64,000 nt of DNA, from assembly GCA_965203905.1 (NCBI GenBank), contig CBDBDQ010000005.1:6912001-6976000 (forward strand). Direction: 5' to 3'. Below are positions 37,110-45,690 of the stretch, piece by piece. Position 1 is the stretch's first letter. Every line of letters begins with the position of its first letter. Both the position numbers and the translations under genes were made by a program. Source of the DNA: Spirochaetia bacterium. GTDB taxonomy: Bacteria > Spirochaetota > Spirochaetia > SZUA-6 > Bin103. The notes below the pieces were generated by a model. The model was not told the DNA's origin. It saw nothing but the letters and a program-made list of their open reading frames with translations, and did not search any database.

Positions 37110-38804
37110 ATGAAATCACTGTGGATGGCGTGCATCGCCATGGTGGCAACGACCGGCACCGCGGCGTTTGCCGGCGGCACGGCGGAGTCGGCCGCGCCGG
37201 AGTCGGCTGCGGGCGCGGAGGTCGCACCGGTGGCGGAGGCGGCGTGGATTCCCTCGCCCAGCGCCATCACCCCGGCGGCGGCGGATGCCTACGCCTACGA
37301 CGACCTGAGCCAGCACGTGGATATCGAGTTCTGGTCGGTGGGCTGGCTGGCGCAGCCGGTTCCCGAGGATGACCCGATCAGCAAGATGTTCGAGGAAGAG
37401 CTCAACATCACCCTCACGGTCCAGTTCCTGAGCAACCCGGACCTGATCAGCAAGCTCACCTTGCGCGCCGCGGCGGACGATGTTCCGGACCTGCTGTTCA
37501 ACTCCGGCGACAAGGCCAACGTGCAGAAACTGGTCGACCAGGGGTTCTTTCTCACCGACTACGACCCGATTCTCGACCTTTACGGCCCCACGTTGAAGCA
37601 GTCGATCGGCAGCTTCGCGCGCATCTCGGTGACCAAGGACGGGGTGCTGCAGTTCATCCCCAAGGGTCCGGAGAACGCCGACGACATCTGGTATTACTGC
37701 ATCCGCAAGGACTGGCTGGCCAACCTTGGTCTGGAGATGCCCACCAACGACCGCGAGTTCCTGGAGGTGCTGAAGCAGTTCACCTTCAACGATCCCGACG
37801 GCAACGGCAAGGACGACACCTGGGGCACCACCTCCAACGGCAGCAAGACCGGCCCCGGCCGGGCGATGACCATGTTCGCCGTGCTGTTCGGCAACAATAC
37901 CAAGTTCGGGCTGGAGGATGGCGCGGTGAGCCATCCGATGGTGAACGGGGCGCAGCGCGAGATGCTGCAGTACGTCAAGGAGATCGTCGACGCCCAGGTG
38001 ATCGACCCCGACTGGTACACCCAGGACTGGAACCAGCAGAAGAACAACCTGCTCACCGGCAGGATCGGCGCGGTGGTGTATCCGATCACGGCGCTCATCG
38101 CCGAATCGGAGGCGGCCAACGGCAACGACGGATCCACGCTCGACTGGTGGACCTGGGTGCCGCTGATGAATGCCGTCGGGGCGACCGGCGACGCGGGGCG
38201 CGAGCGGATGTGGTGGACCTATCCCGGCGCCTACTGGGCGATCTCGACCAAGGCGGGTGACGACGAGGTGAAGCTGAAGCGGGTCATGCACTTCCTCGAC
38301 TACATGCAGTACCCGAATCGCGGCTACTACATCACCGAGGGCGGCTACGGGGTGTTCGAAGGGTACGACTTCCACGGCACCCCGGGTGAGCGCTGGACCC
38401 TCGAAGAGGGCAGCGTCGACCCGCGCCGCGAGAACCCGGGCTGGACCGCGCTGTACGACTGGCGGCGCAACAACACGGTGGGCAGCCTGTACAACGCTAC
38501 CCCGGTTCCGACCTTCGCGGACGAGCTCGCGGAGCGCACCCACGACCTGCGCCAGGAGATGCAGGCCGCGGCCAACGCCGACGCCGCCAACTTCTTCGAG
38601 CGCACCGACCTGCTGCTCAACCTGGATCCCAAGACGGTCACCAACCTCAAGGACCTGGAGCGGCGCAACGAGATCCTGTTCGTGACCGGACAGCGCAGCT
38701 TCGATGAGTGGGATGACTACGTGGCGGAGTGGCGCCGGGGCGGCGGCGACGCCCTGCTGGCGGAAGCGGAGAGCCAGTACCGCGCCCTCGGCATGATTGA
38801 TTAG
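37110..38804 (+). CDS. Carbohydrate ABC substrate-binding protein (LplA-like)
   Basis: Signal peptide, IRKDWLANLGL, DPDGNGKDDT and WDDYVAEW. Confidence 0.9.
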   Translation: MKSLWMACIAMVATTGTAAFAGGTAESAAPESAAGAEVAPVAEAAWIPSPSAITPAAADAYAYDDLSQHVDIEFWSVGWLAQPVPEDDPISKMFEEELNITLTVQFLSNPDLISKLTLRAAADDVPDLLFNSGDKANVQKLVDQGFFLTDYDPILDLYGPTLKQSIGSFARISVTKDGVLQFIPKGPENADDIWYYCIRKDWLANLGLEMPTNDREFLEVLKQFTFNDPDGNGKDDTWGTTSNGSKTGPGRAMTMFAVLFGNNTKFGLEDGAVSHPMVNGAQREMLQYVKEIVDAQVIDPDWYTQDWNQQKNNLLTGRIGAVVYPITALIAESEAANGNDGSTLDWWTWVPLMNAVGATGDAGRERMWWTYPGAYWAISTKAGDDEVKLKRVMHFLDYMQYPNRGYYITEGGYGVFEGYDFHGTPGERWTLEEGSVDPRRENPGWTALYDWRRNNTVGSLYNATPVPTFADELAERTHDLRQEMQAAANADAANFFERTDLLLNLDPKTVTNLKDLERRNEILFVTGQRSFDEWDDYVAEWRRGGGDALLAEAESQYRALGMID

Positions 38805-38856
38805 CAGCCTCAGGCAGGGGCACCCGTTGGCATCGTCCCGCAGGGCCGCGCAACGG

Positions 38857-40548
38857 GTGGCCCAACCATCCGCCGGGAACGGCAGCTCGGCGGCGGCGTT
38901 CGCCTACCGCGTCGGCTTCCTGGGGTGCCCACCCCGGCCCGGGGTGGAGTGGAGCGAGGCGAACATCGCGCGCCTCGGGGAGCTGGGGTTCAATACCCTG
39001 CAGTTGAACATCGCCTGGGGCTACCGCCCCGGTGGCGAGGCACTCAACCTGGAAGATGTGATCGACGTGCCGCCGCGCCTCGCCGGGGCGGTGCCGATGC
39101 TCGGAGATCAGTCCCCCGAGCGGCGCAGACGGCGGCGCCGCGACCTGCAGCAGCGGGCGCGCCGCGCCCACGCCGCCGGCATGCGCACCCTGTTCCACTT
39201 CGGTGCGCCCTACGTGGGGGACCAGTACATCCACGATGCGCCGCCGAACTGCCTGCTGGACGGCAAGACCAGGGAGCGCTGCCGCTACCTGCTGGAGCGG
39301 TTCGGGCGCGAGTTTCCCGCGGTGGACGACATCCTGATCTACACCTACGACCAGCACGCCTGGTTGTGCAACGAGTTCGGCCCCTGCCCGCGCTGCACCG
39401 GCATCCCGCTGCACGACCGGGTGGTGCCGTTCCTGGAGGAGATGGGGCGGGTGTGGCGTGGCAGCCATCCCGGCGGGCGGCTGTGGTGGGAGCCGTGGGA
39501 GCTGTCGGCCGGCCAGGTGCAGCGCTGCATCGAACGCATCGATGCGCGGGGGTTCGGACTGGCGCTGCACTGCACGGTGGCGGAGGTGATCGCCACCCAG
39601 CCCACCGACCGCTGGCTCAGGAACTGCTGCCGGCTGGCCGCGCGGCGCGACATACCGGTGATGGTGGAGTACTGGCTGGGCGGCCCCAGCGAGGAGTTGG
39701 AGCCGTATCTGCACCTGGCGTATCCCCTGGTGACCCTGCGCGGCCTGCAGGCCATCGCCGGCGTGGCGGGCGCGGTGGGGATCAAGGAGTACTTCGGGCT
39801 GATCCCGGACCGGGAGGACCCCAACCTGCGGATGACCGGGCTGTTCCTCGCCGATCCCGACGTGGACGAGGGGGAGGCGCTGGCGCGGCTGGCCGCACCC
39901 TACGGGCCGGCGGCGCGGGGGATGATCGCCTTCTGGGAGCACAGCAGCGCCGCCATCGAACTGTTCCCCTGGGACACCTCGTGGCTGATCCGCGAGATCG
40001 GCAGGAGCGACCCGGTGCACGCCATGACCGCGGCGTGCATCCACGGGGTGCCGTGGCACACCCCGAGCTGGGCGTCGACGCGGCGTGCCGTCTACATGCA
40101 GGTGGACCCCGGCGAGGTGGACCCGTGGATGCTGGAGGACGTGCAGTTGCGCTGCGAGCTGGCGGCGCAGCGGATGGCAGCGGCGCTGGCGGTGGCGGCG
40201 GAGATCGGCGCCGAAGTGCCGGCTGCCCTCGCGTCGGACTTTGCCGGTAACGTCGCCGAGCTACGGGAGCTGCGCCGGCGCACCGTTGCCTACGCGCTGC
40301 ACCTGCGGGAGACCAACCTGGTGACGACGATGCGCGTGTGCCGGGCCCAGGGCCGGGAAATTCCGCAGCGCACCCTGGCCGAGCTGCAGGAGGTGCTGAC
40401 GGCCGACCGCGAGAACCAGGGACAACCGGAGCCGGTGGGCGGTGCGCTGCGCTTGCTCGCCGAGGACGTGGACGCGTTTCTGAGCACCTACTTCACCGTC
40501 GTCCCCGACCGCCACTCGAAGGGCAACTTCAGCCTGACTTCCCGCTAG
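38857..40548 (+). CDS. Uncharacterised GH-like protein, paralog 2
   Basis: LQLNIAW, DDILIYTYDQHAWLCNEFGPCPRC, WWEPWELS and GIKEYFG. The start is uncertain (38797-38857). Confidence 0.8.
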   Translation: MAQPSAGNGSSAAAFAYRVGFLGCPPRPGVEWSEANIARLGELGFNTLQLNIAWGYRPGGEALNLEDVIDVPPRLAGAVPMLGDQSPERRRRRRRDLQQRARRAHAAGMRTLFHFGAPYVGDQYIHDAPPNCLLDGKTRERCRYLLERFGREFPAVDDILIYTYDQHAWLCNEFGPCPRCTGIPLHDRVVPFLEEMGRVWRGSHPGGRLWWEPWELSAGQVQRCIERIDARGFGLALHCTVAEVIATQPTDRWLRNCCRLAARRDIPVMVEYWLGGPSEELEPYLHLAYPLVTLRGLQAIAGVAGAVGIKEYFGLIPDREDPNLRMTGLFLADPDVDEGEALARLAAPYGPAARGMIAFWEHSSAAIELFPWDTSWLIREIGRSDPVHAMTAACIHGVPWHTPSWASTRRAVYMQVDPGEVDPWMLEDVQLRCELAAQRMAAALAVAAEIGAEVPAALASDFAGNVAELRELRRRTVAYALHLRETNLVTTMRVCRAQGREIPQRTLAELQEVLTADRENQGQPEPVGGALRLLAEDVDAFLSTYFTVVPDRHSKGNFSLTSR

Positions 40549-40748
40549 TCTGCAACGCCGAGTTCGGGGGTTGACCCATCTACGGGTTGGGCGACTCTCG
40601 CTGCCGCGACGAACCGATCCCGATATCGTTTCTGTAATTCGATGTAGTAAGCCACCAGCCGAGCGGGCTCATGATCAACGCGCGCTGAGATGCTGTGGCG
40701 CACCTCGCGGATTTCGTCGATCACCGGATCAGCCTGACTCTGTTTCAT
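40545..40748 (-). CDS. Small protein downstream of a PIN gene (putative antitoxin)
   Basis: DPVIDEIREVRH.ISAR.DH; SD GGAGG lies within the end of the PIN gene. Confidence 0.7.
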   Translation of the reverse strand: MKQSQADPVIDEIREVRHSISARVDHEPARLVAYYIELQKRYRDRFVAAARVAQPVDGSTPELGVAD

Positions 40749-41223
40749 CTCTGCCTCCAAGCAGTTCCAAGGGCGTCACCAATGCCGGCACGAATAACCC
40801 GATCAGTACGTTTACGCGACGAATATGACCGAATTTGTTCGCGTTCGCCAAGTGCCGGCAGTTCCAAGTCACCAGGAAGTCGCATCTGTGAAAGGATGCC
40901 AGTGCCAAGTGCAGCGCATCACCACCCGGATCGGCGGGCATCACCTTGTGCCGGATGTACGTCTGCACGATCTCGCCGATGGCCGGCTCAACGGGCACTA
41001 GCGGCAGGTCATGAACGAGAGCATGCCGTTGCGCACTGCGCTCTGGTATACCACCAACCAGCTCGTCCAATACAGCCGCGCTGGTGACCAGTTCGTATCG
41101 CTCAGAGGCGTCGTCCCACCACAGCCGCGTCCACTTCCGTCGTGCGACGATTTCAGGAGATGTGCGCCTTTCCGCGTAGAAGCTGGGAATCGTAGTCTCA
41201 ACGTATACGCGTGGTTTGCTCAC
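40729..41223 (-). CDS. PIN domain protein (VapC-like toxin)
   Basis: VYVETTIPS, DALHLALA and DFLVTWNCRHLANA. Confidence 0.9.
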   Translation of the reverse strand: MSKPRVYVETTIPSFYAERRTSPEIVARRKWTRLWWDDASERYELVTSAAVLDELVGGIPERSAQRHALVHDLPLVPVEPAIGEIVQTYIRHKVMPADPGGDALHLALASFHRCDFLVTWNCRHLANANKFGHIRRVNVLIGLFVPALVTPLELLGGRDETESG

Positions 41224-41362
41224 GGCCATACAATACCTGACAACAACACCTCTCGTCGTCCCCGGTTGGAAAAAGCTGACGCACCGCCTTGGCCAGAGCG
41301 ATCAAGGGGCCAGCATCGCTTTATGACACGAACCACGGTGAGATATCGCCGATTTCGTTGCA

Positions 41363-41749
41363 GTGGTTTGGCGCGCCCCCGTTTCGGTCAGCAGCGCGAC
41401 GAATCGACACGGGAGACTGCGAGCGTCGGCCTTGAGCCTCCTGAACGACGGCGCGACATGGATCCTGCTCTCGGCAGCTTCATCGTGGGAGATTGCGATC
41501 AAGTACTCCACAGAGAAGCTCGACCTTCCCCAGCATCCCGACGAGTTCATTCTCGTTCGCCTGCGCCGCGATCGGATCGAGGCGCTTGCCATCGAGCACT
41601 CCCACGCGTTGAACACCGCAGCGCTGCCCTATCACCATCGCGATCCGTTTGACAGGCTTCTCGTCGCTCAGGCGATGGTCCTGGACATCCCCATCATGAC
41701 CGCCGATCCCGCCTTCGACCCCTACGAGATCGAAGTGATCCCCAGTTAG
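41363..41749 (+). pseudogene. VapC/PIN toxin lacking its N-terminal LDT motif
   Basis: SAASSWEIAIK and HHRDPFDRLLVAQA...TAD are present; the N-terminal LLDTH and the upstream antitoxin are absent. Confidence 0.75.
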
Positions 41750-41769
41750 GACGCCGCCGGAGCCGCTCA

Positions 41770-41793
41770 GCGCCGGCGTCGAGATGCAAGCGC
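41770..41793. repeat. 24-bp direct repeat, copy B
   Basis: Identical to 33501-33524. Confidence 0.9.
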
Positions 41794-41902
41794 CAGCGAC
41801 GGGAGCCCGTTGTAATTGGCAGCGGCAGCACGGTCGCTCGCGGTACCCGACGCCACGCCGTGCGGCGCGACTGGTGGTATAGTGATGTGCAACGCGCGGC
41901 CG

Positions 41903-44107
41903 ATGATGCAAGGCGAGCTGTTCGCAACCGATCCGAGAGAGGCGGCACCGGATCTGATGGCAGATGCAACGGTGCCTGCCGAGCCACGCTCCGGCCGCGG
42001 GCCGGTTACCGCCGCAGGCGCGCCGTACCGGCACGACTTCGGCGCCGAAGCGGTCGTCGCCGCCAGCGCCAGCGATGCGCTGCCGAACGACCGTGGCCAA
42101 GCCGGGCATCCCAGCCCCGAGGAGCCGCGGCGCTCGGGGTTGGAGCTGGATGAAGGACTGGGGCGGCTTGGGTTCGACAGCTTCCGGGCCGGACAGCGCG
42201 AGGCCATCGAGACCCTGCTGGAGGCCGGGCGGCTGCTGCTGGTGGCCCCGACAGGCGGCGGCAAGAGCCTGACCTACCAGCTCCCGGCGGCGCTGCTGCC
42301 GGGCACCACCGTGGTGGTCTCGCCGCTGATCGCCCTGATGCACGACCAGGTAGCGGCTCTGGGGCAACGCGGCGTCGCCGCCACCTACCTGGCCGGCACC
42401 CTGCCCTTCGACGAGGTGCGGCGGCGGGTTGCCGCGCTCGCGCGCGGCACCTTCAAACTGGTCTACGTCGCCCCCGAGCGGCTGGCCAATGATTGGCTGC
42501 GCGCGGCGCTCGCGCGCCTTCAGTGTCCCCTGGTGGCGATCGACGAGGCGCACTGCATCAGCGCCTGGGGCCACGACTTCCGTCCCGACTACCTGCAGCT
42601 CGACGAGTTGTTGCGGCTGCTGCCGCAGGCGCGGGTGCTGGCCTGTACCGCCACCGCCACGCCGGTGGTGCGCGACGAGATCCTGGAGCGCCTCGGCCTG
42701 CCCGCCGACACGCCGCAGCTCATCCACGGCTTCGCGCGGCCCAACCTGGCGCTGCGGGCGGTCGAGGTACAGAGCAAACGGGAACGGGACCGGCGCGTGG
42801 ACGGCGTGCTGGTCGAGACCCTGGGTGGCCCGGAGAAGGGCGCCGGCACCGCCATCGTGTACGCACCGACGCGGCGCGGCTCGGAGGAGGAGGCGCAGCG
42901 GCTGGCGCGGCGCGGCTGGAAAGTCGAGGCGTACCACGCCGGCATGTCCGGCGAGCAGCGCGACCGGGTGCAGCGAGCCTTCATGGCGGGCGAGCTGGAA
43001 GTGGTGGTCGCAACCAATGCGTTCGGCATGGGCATCGACCGCGCCGACGTGCGCTGCGTGGCGCACCTCGCGCCGCCCGGGTCGCTGGAAGCGTACTACC
43101 AGGAGGCGGGTCGTGCCGGCCGCGACGGCGAACCCGCCGTATGCCTGCTGCTGGTCTCACCCGGCGACATGGCCCTGCGCCGCCACCTGATCGAGAACGA
43201 CGCCGAGGGCGGCGAGGCAGGCGCGGAGTTGGTGCGCCACAAGTGGAACCTGTTCCTGGAACTGATGCGCTGGGCCGAGGGCGGGAGCTGCCGGCACGAC
43301 GCCATCCTGCGCTACTTCGGGGACGAGGAGGAGACCCTGGCCGGTTGCGGGCGCTGCGACGTCTGCCTGCGTATCGCTGACGCGCCGGAGCAGGACGACG
43401 AACAGATCACGACGCTGGTGCGCAAGGCGCTGTCCGGGGTGGCGCGGGTCCACACCCGGTTCGGGCTGGCGGCGGCGGTGAAGCTGCTCAAGGGCGCGAC
43501 CGACCCCCGGCTGCAACGCGCCGGGCTGCAGCACACGACCACCTTCGGCACGCTGGCGGACCACCCCGAGGAATGGTTGCTGCGCCTGTTGCGGCGCTGC
43601 GTCACCGCCGGCTGGGTCGACTTCTCCGGCGGCGACCGGCCGGTCGCGGTGATCACGTCCGAGGGCCGCGAGGTGATGCACGGCCGGCGGCCGGCGCGGC
43701 TGCTGCTGCCCCCGTTGCGGCGCTACTCGGACGCTGGCGGGTCGCAGCGGGGCGACGGCGCACCGTGGCTGCCGCGGTCGATTCTGGTGAAGCGCGACGG
43801 CGAGCAGGTGGCCGGCGCCGGCCGGCGCCGCAGTCGGGTGGCGGCCCACGCCGGCGGAGACGAGGAACTGGACGACCGTGGACGCGCGCTGTTCGAGGCG
43901 CTGCGCGCATTCCGGCTCGCCGAGGCGCGCCGTCAGCAGGTGCCGCCCTACGTCATCGCCAGCGACCGTACCCTGCGCGACATCGCGCAGCTTCGACCCG
44001 ACTCCCTGGGGACCCTGGAGCTGGCCCACGGCATCGGCCCGTCCAAGGTGGAACGCTACGGCGAGCAGATCCTGGCCGTCGTCAGGGAAGCCGAGAGTGG
44101 CCGGTGA
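41903..44107 (+). CDS. recQ: ATP-dependent DNA helicase RecQ
   Basis: PTGGGKS, DEAHCISAWGHDFRPDY, QEAGRAGRDG, Zn motif CR...CGRCDVC, plus RQC and HRDC domains. The start is approximate. Confidence 0.93.
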   Translation: MMQGELFATDPREAAPDLMADATVPAEPRSGRGPVTAAGAPYRHDFGAEAVVAASASDALPNDRGQAGHPSPEEPRRSGLELDEGLGRLGFDSFRAGQREAIETLLEAGRLLLVAPTGGGKSLTYQLPAALLPGTTVVVSPLIALMHDQVAALGQRGVAATYLAGTLPFDEVRRRVAALARGTFKLVYVAPERLANDWLRAALARLQCPLVAIDEAHCISAWGHDFRPDYLQLDELLRLLPQARVLACTATATPVVRDEILERLGLPADTPQLIHGFARPNLALRAVEVQSKRERDRRVDGVLVETLGGPEKGAGTAIVYAPTRRGSEEEAQRLARRGWKVEAYHAGMSGEQRDRVQRAFMAGELEVVVATNAFGMGIDRADVRCVAHLAPPGSLEAYYQEAGRAGRDGEPAVCLLLVSPGDMALRRHLIENDAEGGEAGAELVRHKWNLFLELMRWAEGGSCRHDAILRYFGDEEETLAGCGRCDVCLRIADAPEQDDEQITTLVRKALSGVARVHTRFGLAAAVKLLKGATDPRLQRAGLQHTTTFGTLADHPEEWLLRLLRRCVTAGWVDFSGGDRPVAVITSEGREVMHGRRPARLLLPPLRRYSDAGGSQRGDGAPWLPRSILVKRDGEQVAGAGRRRSRVAAHAGGDEELDDRGRALFEALRAFRLAEARRQQVPPYVIASDRTLRDIAQLRPDSLGTLELAHGIGPSKVERYGEQILAVVREAESGR

Positions 44108-44122
44108 GCAACGGCGACCCGG

Positions 44123-45013
44123 TTACTGCTGCTTGAAAATGTCGCCTAATCTGTCCTTGACCTTTGTTGCCGCCCCCTCGATACCATCCAGCACCTTGGA
44201 TGCAGCCTGAGCCAACTGATCATCGCTGTCACTGAACGCCCGTCGATATACCTCCTCAGCCTCCTTCCATGCTTCGCCCGGGCGTGGATCGCCCTCATCC
44301 CGGCGCGGATAGGCGCCGCCCAGCACCCGCTCGTAGGCGCCGCTGTCCACCCAGACCTTCAGTTCCGAGAGCCGCAGTACGGGAAAGGGATGGGTCTGTC
44401 GCAGCAGGTTCAGGAACTTGTGCACGCCATCCAGCAGATCGGCTCTGGCGTGGTAGTCTCCGGCTTGCTGCAGAAACTCGCCGATCTGCATCTGTGAGGT
44501 GTCGGTGCCCCCGGCGAGCTTCATCAGCAACGTGTTGTACGCTTCCGGATTCTGGCTCGCCAGGAGACCGGCCCGGTCCGCGCTCAGTTCACTCTTGCGG
44601 TCCCATTCCCGCAGAGCGATCTCTATGCCTCGCACCATGAGCCCTCCGATCGGAATGGCCGACAGTGACACACTCGTCAGTAGCCAAAGAAGAGTCTTGT
44701 ACAGCGCGTGGCCACTGCAGCAGTGGCCCAGCTCGTGACCCAGGACACCGATCATCTCGTCATCGTCGAGCGCTTGCACCAGAGCCGACTGAATGACCAC
44801 GAACGGCTCCTTGGCTCCGTACACCCCACCGTTGAGAAACGGGCTCTGCGCGACGAACAGCTCCGGTCGACGAGGCACATCCAGACGCATGCACGCCTGC
44901 GTAAACAGGCCGTTGAGTCGCGGAAACTGACGCTCCGAAACACGCACCGCCGACGCGAGGTGCAGTAGCCGCACCGATCGTTCGGTCGTAACGCCAACAA
45001 ACCATCGCATCAT
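44123..45013 (-). CDS. M48 family zinc metalloprotease, probably 5'-truncated
   Basis: HELGH, ELSADRAG and THPFPVLR. The usual N-terminal EHPAD segment is missing. Confidence 0.82.
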   Translation of the reverse strand: MMRWFVGVTTERSVRLLHLASAVRVSERQFPRLNGLFTQACMRLDVPRRPELFVAQSPFLNGGVYGAKEPFVVIQSALVQALDDDEMIGVLGHELGHCCSGHALYKTLLWLLTSVSLSAIPIGGLMVRGIEIALREWDRKSELSADRAGLLASQNPEAYNTLLMKLAGGTDTSQMQIGEFLQQAGDYHARADLLDGVHKFLNLLRQTHPFPVLRLSELKVWVDSGAYERVLGGAYPRRDEGDPRPGEAWKEAEEVYRRAFSDSDDQLAQAASKVLDGIEGAATKVKDRLGDIFKQQ

Positions 45014-45059
45014 ATATAGTGGTGAGCGTCGCTGGGACGCGCCGCTGACGCTGGCGGGG

Positions 45060-45407
45060 TTGCTGGCGGGCAGGCCGCAGGACCGGCCGGCGCCGCTGGC
45101 AGAGAAGTGGGGGGTGGCGCTGCCATCGATCCGCGAGTACGAGGAGGCAAGCGCAGTGTTGTTGGAGAAGATCGACCGCTGGGGAGAGGAAATCCTGGAG
45201 CGGGGCATCAAGCAGGGCATCGAGCGGGAGAAGGCGTTGCTGTGCCACCAGGCTGAGCGGCGGTTCGGCCCGGCGGCGGCGGAACGGCTGTCCGCGGTGC
45301 TCTCCGCCGTCACGGACGCCGACCGCCTCACCGAAGCCGGCGAGTGGATCGTGGACTGCGCCACCGTCCCCGACTTCCTGGCCCGCGTGGAAGGCTCCCG
45401 CTCGTAA
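45060..45407 (+). pseudogene. Rpn (YhgA-like) C-terminal remnant containing an intact RpnS-like ORF (GTG at 45156)
   Basis: EE...LLEKIDRW...ERGIKQGIERE.ALL..QAERRFG...EWIVDC; SD GAGGAGG at 45141. Confidence 0.7.
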
Positions 45408-45435
45408 CGGCAGGCGCTACGGGCAGCGTCTGCCG
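45408..45435 (+). terminator. Hairpin directly after the Rpn remnant
   Basis: 11-bp stem CGGCAGGCGCT/AGCGTCTGCCG with one G-U pair. Confidence 0.45.
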
Positions 45436-45690
45436 GTGGCGACGTTCTGCGCGGGGCTCATGTCGTTCACGCTCCCGATGCGGTACCCGATCACCAATCC
45501 GTGATCATGGGATCGCCCTGGGGGGCCGCCCGGGCCACCACTCCCATAGCCTCCCCTGCCTCGCCCGTGGTTGCGGCGATGAATGGTATGGCGCCATATT
45601 CAACAACGGTCGCCGTCGCTCTGATCCATCCGAGCACCCGTCGCCAGTCGGTGTTGACACGCGGTGCCGAACGGGGCGTATTTTCTGCAC

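Noticed and set aside
44123-45364. 413-aa ORF as the full M48 protease
   Set aside because: The first roughly 115 aa are antisense to the Rpn remnant; M48 similarity begins near 45013.
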